A stretch of 64,000 nucleotides of DNA from Pseudomonadota bacterium (GCA_040756015.1 JBFMAC010000004.1:132278-196277), one strand, 5' to 3'; numbered from the stretch's first letter, positions 10,476 through 22,162 are shown. Numbers and translations: made by a program. The notes: generated by a model from the sequence alone, not told the origin.

Positions 10476-12506
10476 ATGAATGTCATCACCTTCCCCCATA
10501 GCCCGTTTCGTCTGCACCAGCCGTTCGATCCGGCGGGCGACCAACCCGAGGCGATCGCCAGGCTGGTCGAAGGCATCCACGACGGCTTGCAGTTCCAGAC
10601 ACTGCTCGGGGTGACTGGCTCGGGCAAGACTTACACCATGGCCAACGTGATCGCGCGGCTGGGGCGGCCGGCGATGGTGATGGCGCCTAACAAGACGCTG
10701 GCCGCGCAACTCTACGCCGAGTTCCGCGAATTCTTCCCGGAAAACGCGGTCGAGTATTTCGTTTCCTATTACGATTACTACCAACCGGAAGCCTACGTGC
10801 CGTCGCGCGATTTGTTCATCGAGAAGGATTCCTCGATCAACGAGCACATCGAGCAGATGCGTCTCTCCGCGACCAAGTCGCTGCTCGAGCGCGATGACAG
10901 CGTGATCGTCGCCACCGTGTCGGCGATCTACGGTATCGGCGATCCGGTGGATTATCACGGCATGATCCTGCACCTGCGCGCGGGCGAAAAAATGAGCCAG
11001 CGCGACGTGATCAAGCGCCTTACCGAAATGCAGTACGAGCGCAACGAAATCGAGTTCCGCCGCGGCACCTTCCGCGTGCGCGGCGACGTGCTCGACATCT
11101 TCCCGGCAGAAAGCGCGGAGACCGCTCTGCGCGTCTCCCTGTTCGACGACGAAGTGGAAAGCCTCACCCTGTTTGATCCACTCACCGGCCATATCCTGCA
11201 CAAGGTGCCGCGCTACACTGTATACCCGTCCAGTCACTACGTGACCCCGCGCTCCACCACGTTGCGCGCTATCGAGGCGATCAAGGCCGAACTACGAGAG
11301 CGCATTGAATTTTTTCAGCGCGAGAACAAATTGGTCGAATTGCAGCGCATCGAGCAGCGCACCCGCTTCGACCTGGAAATGCTCAACGAAATGGGTTTTT
11401 GCAAGGGCATCGAAAATTATTCGCGCCATCTGTCCGGGCGCAAGGCCGGCGAGCCTCCGCCGACCTTGATGGACTACCTGCCCAAGAATGCGCTCATGAT
11501 CATCGACGAATCGCACGTCACCATCCCGCAGATCGGCGGCATGTACAAGGGCGATCGCGCGCGCAAGGAGAACCTGGTCGATTACGGATTCCGCCTGCCT
11601 TCAGCACTGGACAACCGTCCGCTGCGCTTCGACGAATTCGAGAAAATCATGCCGCAGACCTTCTTCGTTTCTGCCACCCCGGCCGAATACGAGGCGCAGC
11701 ATGCCGGGCAGGTGGTGGAGCAGGTGGTGCGTCCCACCGGCCTGGTCGATCCGCACCTGGAAGTGCGCCCCGCATCATCCCAGGTGGATGACCTGCTTTC
11801 GGAAGTGAATGCGCGCGTGAAGCAGGGTGAGCGCGTTCTGGTGACCACGCTGACCAAACGCATGGCCGAAGATCTCACCGATTTCCTTGGCGAGCACGGC
11901 GTCAAGGTGCGCTACCTGCATTCCGACATCGACACCGTTGAGCGCGTCGAGATCATCCGAGATCTGCGTTTGGGGTTGTTCGACGTGCTGGTTGGCATCA
12001 ATCTGCTGCGCGAGGGGCTGGACATACCGGAAGTGTCGCTGGTGGCCATCCTCGATGCCGACAAGGAAGGTTTCTTGCGTTCGACGCGCTCGCTGATCCA
12101 GACCATAGGCCGAGCCGCGCGCCACTTGAATGGCGCTGCGATCCTTTATGCCGACGTGATGACAGACTCGATGAAGCGCGCCATCGAGGAAACAGAGCGT
12201 CGCCGTGCCAAGCAGGTCGCCTACAACCAGGCGCACGGCATCGCGCCGAGGAGCGTGAGCAAGCGTATCAAGGACATCATCGACGGCGTGTACGATGCCG
12301 AGGCGGCGCACGGCAAGCTCAAGGCGGCGCAGCAGGAGGCCGCTTACCGTGCGATGAACGAGAAGGAGCTAACGCGCGAAGTGAAGCGGGTGGAAAAGGA
12401 GATGCTGCGCGCTGCGCGGGATTTAGAGTTCGAACGTGCCGCGGAATTGCGCGACCAGCTCAAGGAATTGAAGAAGCGTTTGTTTGGAGTGGAGGAACAT
12501 GATTAA
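10476..12506 (+). CDS. uvrB: Excinuclease ABC subunit B
   Basis: 676-aa ORF. Walker A GVTGSGKT, helicase motifs, C-terminal UVR domain ([13 protein letters not shown]). Confidence 0.97.
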   Translation: MNVITFPHSPFRLHQPFDPAGDQPEAIARLVEGIHDGLQFQTLLGVTGSGKTYTMANVIARLGRPAMVMAPNKTLAAQLYAEFREFFPENAVEYFVSYYDYYQPEAYVPSRDLFIEKDSSINEHIEQMRLSATKSLLERDDSVIVATVSAIYGIGDPVDYHGMILHLRAGEKMSQRDVIKRLTEMQYERNEIEFRRGTFRVRGDVLDIFPAESAETALRVSLFDDEVESLTLFDPLTGHILHKVPRYTVYPSSHYVTPRSTTLRAIEAIKAELRERIEFFQRENKLVELQRIEQRTRFDLEMLNEMGFCKGIENYSRHLSGRKAGEPPPTLMDYLPKNALMIIDESHVTIPQIGGMYKGDRARKENLVDYGFRLPSALDNRPLRFDEFEKIMPQTFFVSATPAEYEAQHAGQVVEQVVRPTGLVDPHLEVRPASSQVDDLLSEVNARVKQGERVLVTTLTKRMAEDLTDFLGEHGVKVRYLHSDIDTVERVEIIRDLRLGLFDVLVGINLLREGLDIPEVSLVAILDADKEGFLRSTRSLIQTIGRAARHLNGAAILYADVMTDSMKRAIEETERRRAKQVAYNQAHGIAPRSVSKRIKDIIDGVYDAEAAHGKLKAAQQEAAYRAMNEKELTREVKRVEKEMLRAARDLEFERAAELRDQLKELKKRLFGVEEHD

Positions 12507-12978
12507 GGTGTTATTCGTGTGCATGGGGAATATCTGCCGCTCACCCACGGCCGAGGCGGTATTTCGTCACCAGGTCGAACTGGCCGGCCTGGACGGGCAT
12601 ATCCATATCGATTCCGCCGGTACCCACGATTACCACATCGGTGATCCGCCCGATGCGCGCGCGCAGCGCGCGGCGAAGAAACGCGGCTACGACATGAGCA
12701 GCCTGTGTGGGCGCCAGGTGGGGTGCGACGATTTCCAGCATTTCGACCTGATCCTGGCTATGGACCGACACAATCTGGATTTGCTGCAACGGCAATGCCC
12801 GCCCGAGTACGCCACCAAGCTGCGTTTATTCATGGAGTTCAGCGAAAACTACGATGAAATGGAAGTGCCGGACCCATACTATGGCGGTGGTGATGGTTTC
12901 GAGCGCGTGCTTGACTTGGTCGAGGATGCGGCACGCGGCCTGCTCGGCGAACTGGCCGCGCAGCGTGTTCAGAAATAA
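12499..12978 (+). CDS. Low-molecular-weight protein-tyrosine phosphatase
   Basis: [16 protein letters not shown] (CX5R-S P-loop) and DPYYG motif. ATG overlaps the uvrB stop. Confidence 0.9.
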   Translation: MIKVLFVCMGNICRSPTAEAVFRHQVELAGLDGHIHIDSAGTHDYHIGDPPDARAQRAAKKRGYDMSSLCGRQVGCDDFQHFDLILAMDRHNLDLLQRQCPPEYATKLRLFMEFSENYDEMEVPDPYYGGGDGFERVLDLVEDAARGLLGELAAQRVQK

Positions 12979-13556
12979 AGGTAGGGTTTGAGCAAGTAAT
13001 TCAGCGTGACCGCCGTTTCGGGGTGGTCGGGCGAGTAGGCGGGCACCGAGATGGTCAGCTCATCGGGAGCAGACACGGTGTAGGTGGCGCTGGATGCGGG
13101 ATAAAACCCGGGCAGGCGCTTGACCGCCATGATGCCGGGCAGGAGGTCGCGCTCCTGTTGCACCGCGATGCCGCTGCTGTCGGCCAGGGCTATTCGATAC
13201 AGGCTGACCCGGTAGCCATGCGCCATCTGGATTTTGGCCACGACGGGCGTGTCTTCTGCGCCCAGGTTGTGGGCGATGCCATATCCCAGCATGGTGGTGT
13301 AGATGACGAATGGCAGGATCGTCAGGGTGAGGTATATCCTCGACATGACTTTTGCCTGCTGCAGCCAGAGCGGCACCAACGCCAGCCAGCCCAGGCCGAA
13401 GCCGAGCAGAGTGACAACGGCATTGGCGTCTTGCGAGTTGAAGCGCAACAGCGGGTGCAGCCAGTTGCTGGCGACGAGGAAATAGAGCGCCAGCAATATC
13501 GTGACCGTCGCCCTGCGCCGCCATAACGGCAGACGCGGGGCGTTGATGTCATTCAT
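12969..13556 (-). CDS. Hypothetical integral membrane protein
   Basis: 195-aa ORF with 3-4 predicted TM helices and no recognised motif. Its strand fits the neighbouring rne. Confidence 0.5.
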   Translation of the reverse strand: MNDINAPRLPLWRRRATVTILLALYFLVASNWLHPLLRFNSQDANAVVTLLGFGLGWLALVPLWLQQAKVMSRIYLTLTILPFVIYTTMLGYGIAHNLGAEDTPVVAKIQMAHGYRVSLYRIALADSSGIAVQQERDLLPGIMAVKRLPGFYPASSATYTVSAPDELTISVPAYSPDHPETAVTLNYLLKPYLYF

Positions 13557-13566
13557 CGTGCTTCAC

Positions 13567-16113
13567 TTACTTGTTAGTTTCAATCTGGACTAGCGGTTCG
13601 CTTTCTGCCGGCACAGGGGTTATTTTCGGACGTCGCGGGCGCGCTGGTGCCGGTGGGATTTCCATTTCGGCGCTGACTGCCTCTTTGATTTTGCTCGGGT
13701 CGGTTTCGACCTGGAACAGGTCCATCGGCATTTGCATGGGCATTTCCATAGGAGCCGGTCTGGGCATCGGTGGGGCGGCCTCGGCCACCGGCTTGACGGG
13801 AACCGGAGCCGGCTCGCTTGCCGGAGCGGGTGTCGGCGTTGGCGCGATGTCGGCGATGGGCGCGGACATGCTTTCTTCCGGCATCGAAGTCATCGCCATC
13901 TCAGGGGCTGATATGTCGGATGTGCCCGCTTCCAGCGTGGCTTCGGTCATGAAGCTTGCGCCGGATTGGTTGAATTCGTTGGCTTGCGCTTCCTGCCGGT
14001 GTTCGCCACGCTCCCCACGTTCGCTACGCTCGCCGTGACCACGCCCGCCGCGACGGCGACGGCGGCCACGCTGTTGTTCGCCTTCTTGGGGCGCAGTGGC
14101 CTGGTCGGCGCGCGCCAGTGCCGGGGTTTTTTCCTCCAGCACAGCTTCGATTTGCTTCGGTGCCTGTGCCTCGACCGGACGGCTTTCGGAGCGCGGACCG
14201 CGCGGGGGGCGCTGACGCGGTTCCTTGGGTTCCCTCGGTTCGCGTGCTTCCCGTGGTTCACGGGCCTCGCGCGGCGCTTTCGGTTCGCGCGGATCACGCT
14301 TTTCGGATGCACCGCGCCGTCCACGTTCCGCGCCACGCTCACGTCGTTCGCGCTGTTGCGAAGTTCCGTTGGCGGCGCGCTTGGCGACGGGCGTTGCTTC
14401 CACAGTTTCTTCTCCGCCGCCGGTCAGCCAGCCGAAGAAGCGCGCCATCAGGGAAGGCTTGGTGGCAGGCTGTGCCGGTTGGGATGCTTGCGGCACTGGT
14501 GCCGGCTGTTCCGGAGTGATGCCGCGTACCGCAGCCTGTGGCTTCGCCGCCTTGGCTTCGGCTGCTGCCTGCGGCGCGTACACTTCCTCAGGCGGCACTT
14601 CCATCATCTTGTAGCTCACCGGCAGCGGCTCGGCCTGGTTCAGTTCGTCGTGGCGCAGGCGTGCGATGGTGTAGTTGGGCGTTTCCAGGTGGATGTTGGG
14701 AATCAGCACCACGTTGACCTTGAAGCGCGTCTCGATGGCATGGATGTCGGTGCGCTTCTCGTTAAGCAGGAAGGTGGCGACATCGACCGGCACCTGCGCG
14801 TGCACGGCGGCACTGTTTTCCTTCATCGCTTCTTCCTGGATGATGCGCAGGATGTTGAGCGCGGAGGATTCGATGCCGCGGATGTGGCCGGTGCCGTGGC
14901 AGCGCGGGCAGGGGATGTGGCTGGTTTCGCCGAGCGAGGGGCGCAGGCGCTGGCGCGACAGTTCGAGCAGGCCGAAGCGGGAAATCTTGCTGGTCTGCAC
15001 ACGCGCACGGTCGTAATGCAGCGCGTCGCGCAGCCGGTTTTCTACTTCGCGCTGGTTGCGCGTGCTTTCCATGTCGATGAAGTCGATCACGATCAATCCG
15101 CCCAGGTCGCGCAGACGCAACTGGCGCGCGATTTCGTCGGCGGCTTCGAGATTGGTGCGGAACGCGGTTTCCTCGATGTCGGAGCCGCGCGTGGCACGCG
15201 CCGAGTTGACGTCGACCGCCACCAGTGCCTCGGTATGATCGATAACCACTGCGCCGCCGGAAGGCAGCGACACTTGGCGCGAATAGGCGGTTTCAATCTG
15301 GTGCTCGATCTGGAAGCGCGAGAACAGCGGCACGTCGTCCTTGTAGAGCTTCACGCGGCCCACGTTCTGCGGCATCACATGGCTCATGAACTGCTTGGCC
15401 TGTTCGTGGATTTCCTCCGTGTCGATCAGAATTTCGCCGATTTCCTGCTGGAAATAGTCGCGGATGGCACGGATCACCAGGCTGGATTCCTGGTAGATGA
15501 GGAAAGCGCCGCTCTGCTGCTGCGAGGCGCTTTCGATGGCGCGCCACAATTGCATCAGGTAATTCAGGTCCCATTGCAGCTCTTCCAGGGTGCGGCCGAT
15601 TCCGGCGGTGCGCGCGATCACACTCATGCCGCCCGGTACTTCGAGCTGGCCGATGAGGTCGCGCAGTTCGTCCCTGTCTTCTCCCTCGATACGGCGCGAC
15701 ACGCCGCCGCCGCGCGGGTTGTTGGGCATCAGCACCAGGTAACGGCCGGCCAGGCTGATGTAAGTGGTAAGCGCAGCGCCCTTGTTGCCGCGTTCGTCCT
15801 TTTCCACCTGGACGATGACTTCCTGGCCTTCGCGCATGGCATCCTGGATGCGCGCGCGCGACGGGTCTTCGCCGGATTTGAAATAGCTGCGGGAAATTTC
15901 CTTGAATGGCAGGAAACCGTGGCGATCGGCGCCGTAGTCGACGAATGCGGCTTCCAGGCTGGGTTCGATGCGGGTGATGACACCCTTGTAGATGTTGCCC
16001 TTGCGTTGCTCTTTGCTGGCCGATTCGATATCGAGGTCGATCAGTTTCTGACCATCCACGATTGCGACACGGAGTTCCTCGGCCTGTGTCGCATTGAATA
16101 ACATGCGTTTCAT
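13567..16113 (-). CDS. rne: Ribonuclease E
   Basis: [22 protein letters not shown]... S1/catalytic N-terminal half. CPRCHGTG zinc link. Arg/Pro/Glu-rich repetitive C-terminal scaffold. Confidence 0.95.
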   Translation of the reverse strand: MKRMLFNATQAEELRVAIVDGQKLIDLDIESASKEQRKGNIYKGVITRIEPSLEAAFVDYGADRHGFLPFKEISRSYFKSGEDPSRARIQDAMREGQEVIVQVEKDERGNKGAALTTYISLAGRYLVLMPNNPRGGGVSRRIEGEDRDELRDLIGQLEVPGGMSVIARTAGIGRTLEELQWDLNYLMQLWRAIESASQQQSGAFLIYQESSLVIRAIRDYFQQEIGEILIDTEEIHEQAKQFMSHVMPQNVGRVKLYKDDVPLFSRFQIEHQIETAYSRQVSLPSGGAVVIDHTEALVAVDVNSARATRGSDIEETAFRTNLEAADEIARQLRLRDLGGLIVIDFIDMESTRNQREVENRLRDALHYDRARVQTSKISRFGLLELSRQRLRPSLGETSHIPCPRCHGTGHIRGIESSALNILRIIQEEAMKENSAAVHAQVPVDVATFLLNEKRTDIHAIETRFKVNVVLIPNIHLETPNYTIARLRHDELNQAEPLPVSYKMMEVPPEEVYAPQAAAEAKAAKPQAAVRGITPEQPAPVPQASQPAQPATKPSLMARFFGWLTGGGEETVEATPVAKRAANGTSQQRERRERGAERGRRGASEKRDPREPKAPREAREPREAREPREPKEPRQRPPRGPRSESRPVEAQAPKQIEAVLEEKTPALARADQATAPQEGEQQRGRRRRRGGRGHGERSERGERGEHRQEAQANEFNQSGASFMTEATLEAGTSDISAPEMAMTSMPEESMSAPIADIAPTPTPAPASEPAPVPVKPVAEAAPPMPRPAPMEMPMQMPMDLFQVETDPSKIKEAVSAEMEIPPAPARPRRPKITPVPAESEPLVQIETNK

Positions 16114-16481
16114 TGTTTTCTCCCGCGCTCGGGTCACGGGAAAGGCAAACCGCGCGCCGCCGTCAGGGGCGCGGACACTTAATCAATCGAGCAATTTATT
16201 CATCGCGTTAAGTGACTGTACGTATTCCGGGTTTGCCTGTATCGCCCGCCCTGGGGGCAGTGCGTAAAAATCTACCGTGTGCTTTGAGCGCGTAAATCAA
16301 TTACCATCGCTGCTTTTGTTGGTGAGCGAGTTAACCATATTGCGGCTGGGGCGGTATGCCTGTGCAGATGCCCGGCTAGCCGGTCGCTTGTCTGAGCGCC
16401 CCGCAGTGATGGGGGCAATCCGCGAATTTCTCGGAAATTTCGCGGGCTCTGGTCGCAAGCGAAGCCGCAGTATAAGCAAAA
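16114..16481. promoter_or_regulatory. Divergent rne / rluC control region including the long rne 5-prime leader
   Basis: 368-bp non-coding gap between divergent rne and rluC. In E. coli the same arrangement carries a long autoregulatory rne leader, so the function here is an inference only. Confidence 0.3.
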
Positions 16482-17444
16482 ATGGCCGAGTTGAGTAAAA
16501 AATCTGTGTTGCACGAAGTGGTTGGCGAAGAACAGGCCGGACAGCGCATCGACAACTACCTGCTGAAAATCCTCAAAGGAGTGCCGAAAAGTCACGTCTA
16601 CCGCATCCTGCGCAGCGGCGAGGTGCGCGTCAACAGCAAGCGGGTGGAGGCAGATTACCGTTTGCAGGAAAATGACCAATTACGCATCCCGCCAGTGCGC
16701 ACTGCGCAGCCGGCCCCGACCGGGGTTGCGGCGGTCACGCCACGGCTGGCCGGGGCGGTGTTGTTCGAGGACGAATACCTCATCGCGCTGGCCAAGCCGG
16801 CCGGGATGGCGGTGCACGGTGGCAGCGGGGTGAGCTTCGGGGTGATCGAGCAGATGCGCCGCGAGCGGCCGCAGGCAAAATTCCTCGAACTGGTGCACCG
16901 CCTGGACCGGGAAACTTCCGGGGTGCTGCTGCTGGCTAAAAAGCGCAGCGCCCTCACTGCGTTGCATGGCCTGATCCGCTCCGGCAAGCTCGACAAGCGC
17001 TATTTGACCCTGGTGCGCGGCGAATGGCGCGAAAAGAAGCGCAGCGTGACCTTGTCGTTGCACAAATATGTCACCGCCGAAGGGGAGCGCCGCGTCAGCG
17101 TGGACGCGGAAGGTCAGGAGGCGCATACCATATTCCGCTTGCAGCAAAATTACCCTGGCTACAGCCTACTCGAAGCCGAACTGAAAACCGGGCGTACCCA
17201 CCAGATTCGTGTGCACTTGGCATATCTGGGCTATCCCATCGCCGGCGACGACAAGTACGGCGATTTCGCGCTCAATAAGGAGTTGGCCCGGCACGGCCTG
17301 AAGCGCATGTTCTTGCACGCCTGGAAGCTCGCCTTTCCGCATCCCGCCAGCGGCGAGACGCTGCGCCTGGAAGCGCCGTTGCCTGACGAATTGCAACGCT
17401 TCCTGCATGGTCTGAAAGACAGGGGGCGACATGAAACGCTATAA
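16482..17444 (+). CDS. rluC: 23S rRNA pseudouridine synthase, RluC/RluA family
   Basis: S4 domain at the N-terminus (HVYRILRSGEVRVN). Catalytic motif HRLDRETSGVLLLAK. Confidence 0.9.
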   Translation: MAELSKKSVLHEVVGEEQAGQRIDNYLLKILKGVPKSHVYRILRSGEVRVNSKRVEADYRLQENDQLRIPPVRTAQPAPTGVAAVTPRLAGAVLFEDEYLIALAKPAGMAVHGGSGVSFGVIEQMRRERPQAKFLELVHRLDRETSGVLLLAKKRSALTALHGLIRSGKLDKRYLTLVRGEWREKKRSVTLSLHKYVTAEGERRVSVDAEGQEAHTIFRLQQNYPGYSLLEAELKTGRTHQIRVHLAYLGYPIAGDDKYGDFALNKELARHGLKRMFLHAWKLAFPHPASGETLRLEAPLPDELQRFLHGLKDRGRHETL

Positions 17445-18084
17445 ATTGCTGGTGTTCGACTGGGACGGCACGCTTATGGATTCGGCTGCGGCCATCGTCG
17501 CATCGCTCAAGGCGGCGAGCCGCGACGTCGGCCTGCCCGAGCCGGACGACGCGCGCGCGCGCCATGTCATCGGCCTGGGCCTGGCCGAAGCGATGGCGGT
17601 GTTGCAGCCCGGCATAGACGCGCGCGGCGCCGATGCGCTGGTGGAGCGCTACCGCCGTCATTATCTTGCCTGCGACCATGAAATCGCGCTGTTTCCAGGA
17701 GCCGCCGAAACCGTGCGCGAATTGCACGCGCGCGGCCACATGCTGGGGGTAGCGACCGGCAAGAGCCGGCGTGGCTTGCAGAGGGTACTTGAAGCCACCG
17801 GCCTGGGCCCCTATTTTCATGCCACGCGCTGCGCCGACGAATGCTTTTCCAAGCCACACCCGGCGATGCTGGAAGAGCTGATGGATGAACTGGGCGCGGA
17901 TCGGGAGGAAACCCTGATGATAGGCGACACCACACATGACCTGCAGATGGCCAACAACGCCAGGGTGGCGGGGCTGGGCGCGGCCTACGGCGCGCACCCC
18001 AAGGCCGGGCTGCTCGAATGCCGGCCGCTTGCCTGCATCGATACTTTTGCGGAAATGCACTCATGGCTGATGCAAAACGCGTGA
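17431..18084 (+). CDS. HAD-superfamily hydrolase (phosphoglycolate phosphatase-like)
   Basis: LLVFDWDGTLMDS motif I, GVATGKSR motif, MIGDTTHD motif. Confidence 0.85.
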   Translation: MKRYKLLVFDWDGTLMDSAAAIVASLKAASRDVGLPEPDDARARHVIGLGLAEAMAVLQPGIDARGADALVERYRRHYLACDHEIALFPGAAETVRELHARGHMLGVATGKSRRGLQRVLEATGLGPYFHATRCADECFSKPHPAMLEELMDELGADREETLMIGDTTHDLQMANNARVAGLGAAYGAHPKAGLLECRPLACIDTFAEMHSWLMQNA

Positions 18085-18413
18085 TCTGCAGCAGCGCCGA
18101 CCTCGCCGAAAAGGGTAAGGGCGTGCGCTTTAGCGTGGAGCGCGATGGCAAAGCCGTGCCGGCTTTCGCGGTGCGCCACCACGGTAAGGCCTGTGCCTAC
18201 CTCAATCGCTGTGCGCATCTGGGGGTGGAACTGGACTGGGAGCCCGGTGAGTTTTTCGACAGTTTCGGGGTATACTTGATCTGCGCCACCCACGGCGCGG
18301 CTTATCGTCCCGATGACGGCTACTGCATCGGCGGGCCGTGCAAGGGCAAGAAGCTGGAAGCGCTCGCCATCGCCGAGAGCGACGGCGTCATCTATTTAAT
18401 GGAGTCTGTCTAA
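18063..18413 (+). CDS. Rieske [2Fe-2S] domain protein
   Basis: Inner ATG of ORF 18018-18413. CAHLG...CATHGAAY gives CxH...CxxH ligands. Confidence 0.8.
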   Translation: MADAKRVICSSADLAEKGKGVRFSVERDGKAVPAFAVRHHGKACAYLNRCAHLGVELDWEPGEFFDSFGVYLICATHGAAYRPDDGYCIGGPCKGKKLEALAIAESDGVIYLMESV

Positions 18414-18414
18414 C

Positions 18415-19356
18415 ATGGCCGATCAAGGCGGCGAAAACTGGGAACGCCAAGTGCTGGAAAAGCTCGCCAGCTCCGCTTTGCAGGAGCAGCGCCGCGCGCG
18501 CCACTGGGGGATTTTCTTCAAGTTGCTCGGCTTCACTTATTTGTTCTTGGTGTTGTTCATCCTGATGGGCTGGCTGGGTGGGAAAGAGACGCCGCTGCCC
18601 GGCAAGCACACCGCCCTGGTCGAGCTGCGCGGCGTGATCGCCGACGACAGCCCCGCCAGCGCCGAGCTGGTGATCCAGGGCCTGCAGGATGCCTTTTCCG
18701 ACAAGCACACGCAGGGTGTGGTGCTGCGCATCAACAGCCCGGGCGGTAGCCCGGTGCAGGCCGGGCAGATCAACGACGAAATCCGCCGGCAGCGTGTTCT
18801 TCATCCGGAAATCCCTCTGTATGCGGTGGTGGAGGACATCTGCGCGTCGGGCGGTTATTACGTGGCGGCGGCAGCGGACAAGATATATGTCGACAAGGCC
18901 AGCATCGTCGGTTCGATCGGCGTGCTGATGGACGGCTTCGGCTTCACAGGTGCAATGGAAAAACTGGGGGTGGAACGGCGCCTGCTCACTGCGGGCGAGA
19001 ACAAGGGCTTTCTCGACCCGTTCTCGCCGGAGGTACCGGAACAGAAGGCGCATGCGCAGAAGATGCTCGATGAAATTCACCACCAGTTCATCGACGTGGT
19101 GCGCAAGGGGCGCGGCAAGCGCCTCAAGGAAATCCCAGACATGTTCAGCGGCCTGGTGTGGAGCGGCTCGAAAAGCGTGGAACTCGGTCTGGCCGATTCG
19201 CTGGGCAGCGTGGAGTCGGTGGCGCGCGAAGTGGTCAAGGCGGAGGACATCGTCGATTTCACTCCGCGCGAAAATCTGGCCGAGCGTTTTGCGCGCAAGT
19301 TCGGCGCCGGCATGAGCGAGGCGATGCTGCATTTCGCCACCCCGGGCATGAAATAG
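18415..19356 (+). CDS. sppA: Signal peptide peptidase SppA, 36K type (S49 family)
   Basis: N-terminal TM helix. RINSPGGSPVQAG and ASGGYYVAAAADKIY motifs. Confidence 0.85.
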   Translation: MADQGGENWERQVLEKLASSALQEQRRARHWGIFFKLLGFTYLFLVLFILMGWLGGKETPLPGKHTALVELRGVIADDSPASAELVIQGLQDAFSDKHTQGVVLRINSPGGSPVQAGQINDEIRRQRVLHPEIPLYAVVEDICASGGYYVAAAADKIYVDKASIVGSIGVLMDGFGFTGAMEKLGVERRLLTAGENKGFLDPFSPEVPEQKAHAQKMLDEIHHQFIDVVRKGRGKRLKEIPDMFSGLVWSGSKSVELGLADSLGSVESVAREVVKAEDIVDFTPRENLAERFARKFGAGMSEAMLHFATPGMK

Positions 19357-19361
19357 GAGTG

Positions 19362-19766
19362 ATGCAGATGGAAATGCTGGCGCTTGCGATTCTTGCCGTG
19401 GCGGGCTGGTTCTGGTTCGACAGCATGCGCGCGCGCGAAGCTGCGGTGCGGCTGGGCAGGCAGACCTGTCAGCGCGAAGGCGTGCAGTTTCTCGATGACA
19501 CCGTTGCCCTGGCGAAATTTGCGCTCGGCCGCAACCGCAAAGGCCATGCCGCGCTGCAACGCACCTATCGCTTCGAATTCAGTCCGGCCGGCAACGAACG
19601 CCTGGCCGGCCAGGTGGTGCTGATCGGCGGCCAGGTGGAGGCCATCAATCTCGCGCCGCATCAAAAAGGCGCAGCCTATGCCGACCCGACCGGCAGCGTG
19701 AGTTGCTGCGGCGGCGGCTGTCACAGCAGTAGCGCGCCGGTGTGCGACGAACCGCGCTGCGGCTAA
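19362..19766 (+). CDS. DUF3301-like membrane-anchored protein with Cys-rich C-terminal tail
   Basis: Inner ATG after taGGAGtg. WFWFDSMRAREAAVRLGRQTCQREGVQFLDDTVAL pattern. Tail is SCCGGGCHSSSAPVCDEPRCG. Confidence 0.6.
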   Translation: MQMEMLALAILAVAGWFWFDSMRAREAAVRLGRQTCQREGVQFLDDTVALAKFALGRNRKGHAALQRTYRFEFSPAGNERLAGQVVLIGGQVEAINLAPHQKGAAYADPTGSVSCCGGGCHSSSAPVCDEPRCG

Positions 19767-19895
19767 AAACGACTGTGCTCGGCATTACTGTGTTGCGCAA
19801 GGACTCGGAATGCTCATTTACTGCTGTGTAAACTCCGCTTCCTCGCTCGCGCGCGTCTTGTGCTGCCATCGCTCGTTACGTTTTTCAATACCTTG

Positions 19896-20609
19896 CTAAC
19901 CCTTGAGTAGAAACAGCGTCGGCCGCTTGTGGATTTCCGGCAGCGCGCCGCGCCAGTCGGCGATACGCCGCGTGGCGATGGTTTCACTCCCCAGCGTGAG
20001 GTCGGTGGCGATGCCCAGCAGTGTGCCGGACTTGCAGCTCTTCAGCAGGCTTTCCAGCAATTGCTGGTTGCGGTAGGGTGCTTCGATGAAAATCTGCGTC
20101 ATGTCGCGCGCCTTCGATTCCTTTTCCAGTTCGGCGATCTTCTGCTCGCGCTCCTGCTGATTGGCCGGCAAGTAGCCGTGGAAGGCGAAGCGCTGGCCGT
20201 TGAGCCCCGAAGCCATCAGCGCGAGCAAAATCGACGACGGGCCGACCAGCGGCACCACGCGGATGTTATTTGCGTGGGCCAGCGCCACCAGGTTGGCGCC
20301 GGGATCGGCCACCGCCGGGCAGCCCGCTTCCGATAGCAAACCGACATCCTTGCCCGCCAGCAGCGGTTGCAGCAGTGCCGGCAGTGCGTTGGCCGGCGTG
20401 TGCTCGTTGAGCTCCTGCATCCCGATTTGCTGCAACGGCAGCGGATGTGCCAGCAGCTTCAGGAATTGCCGCGCGCTCTTGGCGTTTTCCACCACGAAGC
20501 GGTCTAGCCGATGTACCACGCTACGCGTCGCGTGCGGAATCAGCGCCGCATCCTCGCCGCCGAGCAGGGCGGGAATCAGGTAGAGCGTGCCGGAAGTGGT
20601 TTGCGTCAT
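19896..20609 (-). CDS. SAM-dependent methyltransferase, tetrapyrrole-methylase (RsmI-like) fold
   Basis: GTLYLIPALLG, LLSEAGCPAVADPG and PLVGPSSILLAL motifs. Start taken at MTQTTSG. Confidence 0.75.
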   Translation of the reverse strand: MTQTTSGTLYLIPALLGGEDAALIPHATRSVVHRLDRFVVENAKSARQFLKLLAHPLPLQQIGMQELNEHTPANALPALLQPLLAGKDVGLLSEAGCPAVADPGANLVALAHANNIRVVPLVGPSSILLALMASGLNGQRFAFHGYLPANQQEREQKIAELEKESKARDMTQIFIEAPYRNQQLLESLLKSCKSGTLLGIATDLTLGSETIATRRIADWRGALPEIHKRPTLFLLKG

Positions 20610-20788
20610 TGTGGAACCGGCAACTTGAGTATCTGGCTGAACATGCTGCATGATGCATTCACGACGGGCCTCCTTCGGTCGGGTACAGGTGGGTTTGGTG
20701 ATTCACCTATACCCTACACCTCCGGATGGCCCGTCGTCATAAGCTGTTTTGGACAAGAGTGATGAGACATCGAATTTGCTCCTTGGGG

Positions 20789-20831
20789 TTTCCTTTGCGT
20801 CCTCCGCGTCCTTTGCGGTGAAACGCTTTTT
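20789..20831. repeat. Intergenic repeat copy A (GCGTCCTTTGCGGTGAAACG + T-run family)
   Basis: TTTCCTTTGCGTCCTCCGCGTCCTTTGCGGTGAAACGCTTTTT immediately downstream of the maf stop. Related words occur at 24197-24292 and 25409-25435. Confidence 0.5.
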
Positions 20832-20832
20832 A

Positions 20833-21417
20833 CTAAACCACCGCGACGCCTTCATTCTGCAGCATGCCTACCAGCGCGATGAGCGGCAGGCCAATCAGCG
20901 CGTTGGGGTCGTCGCCCTGAATCGCCTCGATCAGCGCAATGCCCAGCCCTTCGCTTTTGGCGCTGCCGGCGCAGTGGTAGGGTTGTTCCTTGACCAGATA
21001 GTTCTCGATCTGCGTGTCGGAAAGTTGCCGGAAGCGCACCGTGGTCGGCACCACGGCCTGCTGGAGGTTGCCGCTGGCGCTGTTGTACAGACAAAGCGCG
21101 GTATGGAATATCACTGACCTGCCGCGCATCAGCTTGAGTTGCCTGACCGCGTTGTCGTGGGTGAGCGGCTTGCCGAGCTGCACGCCGTCCAGCACGGCGA
21201 CCTGGTCGGAGCCGATGATGAGGGCGTTCGGGTGGCTGGCGCCGACCTTGCGCGCCTTGGCTTCGGCCAGGCGCAGCGCGGTGGCTGGCGGCGTTTCGCC
21301 GGGCAGCGGGGTTTCATCGACGTCGGGGGCGGCGACGGCAAAGGGCAATTGCAGGCGGGCGAGCAGTTCGCGGCGGTAAACCGAGGTCGAGGCGAGCACC
21401 AGTTGCGGCGTTTTCAA
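20833..21417 (-). CDS. maf: Maf-like nucleoside triphosphate pyrophosphatase (YceF subfamily)
   Basis: [17 protein letters not shown] start. GSDQV and Y.CAGS motifs. Conserved position next to yceD-rpmF. Confidence 0.9.
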   Translation of the reverse strand: MKTPQLVLASTSVYRRELLARLQLPFAVAAPDVDETPLPGETPPATALRLAEAKARKVGASHPNALIIGSDQVAVLDGVQLGKPLTHDNAVRQLKLMRGRSVIFHTALCLYNSASGNLQQAVVPTTVRFRQLSDTQIENYLVKEQPYHCAGSAKSEGLGIALIEAIQGDDPNALIGLPLIALVGMLQNEGVAVV

Positions 21418-21478
21418 TGCGATCTTTCAATGAGTTATTTTTGACATCGGCGGCGGAAAATCATATCATGCGCGCCTT

Positions 21479-21970
21479 ATGTCGAGCCAGACGGTGATAG
21501 ATGGGCTGGAGTTTGCCCGCAATGGCGAGGCGCTACGCGGCAAAATCGCGGTCGCCGACATGGCCAGGCTGGGCGAAGCGCTGTTCGACGATGCGGGCGA
21601 GGTGGAATACAGGCTGGACGGCGAACTGAATGCGGACGGCAAGCCGCTGCTGCATTTGAGCGTGACTGGCGATTTGCACCTGGCCTGCCAGCGCTGCCTG
21701 GGCCTGCTGCCTTACCAGCTCGATATCGGCCACGACCTGATCCTGGCATCGAGCGAGGCCGAACTGGAAGAACTGTCCGACGACACCGATGAGGCCGATG
21801 CCATCCTGGGCAGCCGCGCAATGGATGTCGTAGCGCTGGTCGAGGATGAGATTATTTTGAGCCTTCCGCTTGCCGCCAAGCATGAGGAAGGAAAATGCGA
21901 CACACAGGGCAAGGGCGAAGCCGGCAAGGCATTGCCGTTTACCGCTCTGGCCGCGTTAAAAAAGCATTGA
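21479..21970 (+). CDS. yceD: YceD/DUF177 large-subunit ribosome-associated protein
   Basis: LACQRCLG...CxxC-type motif and acidic tail. Located directly upstream of rpmF. Confidence 0.85.
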   Translation: MSSQTVIDGLEFARNGEALRGKIAVADMARLGEALFDDAGEVEYRLDGELNADGKPLLHLSVTGDLHLACQRCLGLLPYQLDIGHDLILASSEAELEELSDDTDEADAILGSRAMDVVALVEDEIILSLPLAAKHEEGKCDTQGKGEAGKALPFTALAALKKH

Positions 21971-21982
21971 AAGGAGTGCAAC

Positions 21983-22162
21983 ATGGCAGTTCAGCAGAAC
22001 AAAAAATCCCCGTCGAAGCGTGGCATGCATCGCGCCCACGACTTTCTGACCAATCCGCCGCTGGCGGTGGAGCCGACCACGGGCGAGGCGCACCTGCGTC
22101 ATCACGTCAGCCCGAACGGTTACTATCGCGGCAAAAAGGTCGTCAAGACCAAAGGCGAGTAA
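21983..22162 (+). CDS. rpmF: 50S ribosomal protein L32
   Basis: 59-aa ORF not in the supplied track: [22 protein letters not shown]... preceded by AAGGAG. Confidence 0.95.
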   Translation: MAVQQNKKSPSKRGMHRAHDFLTNPPLAVEPTTGEAHLRHHVSPNGYYRGKKVVKTKGE

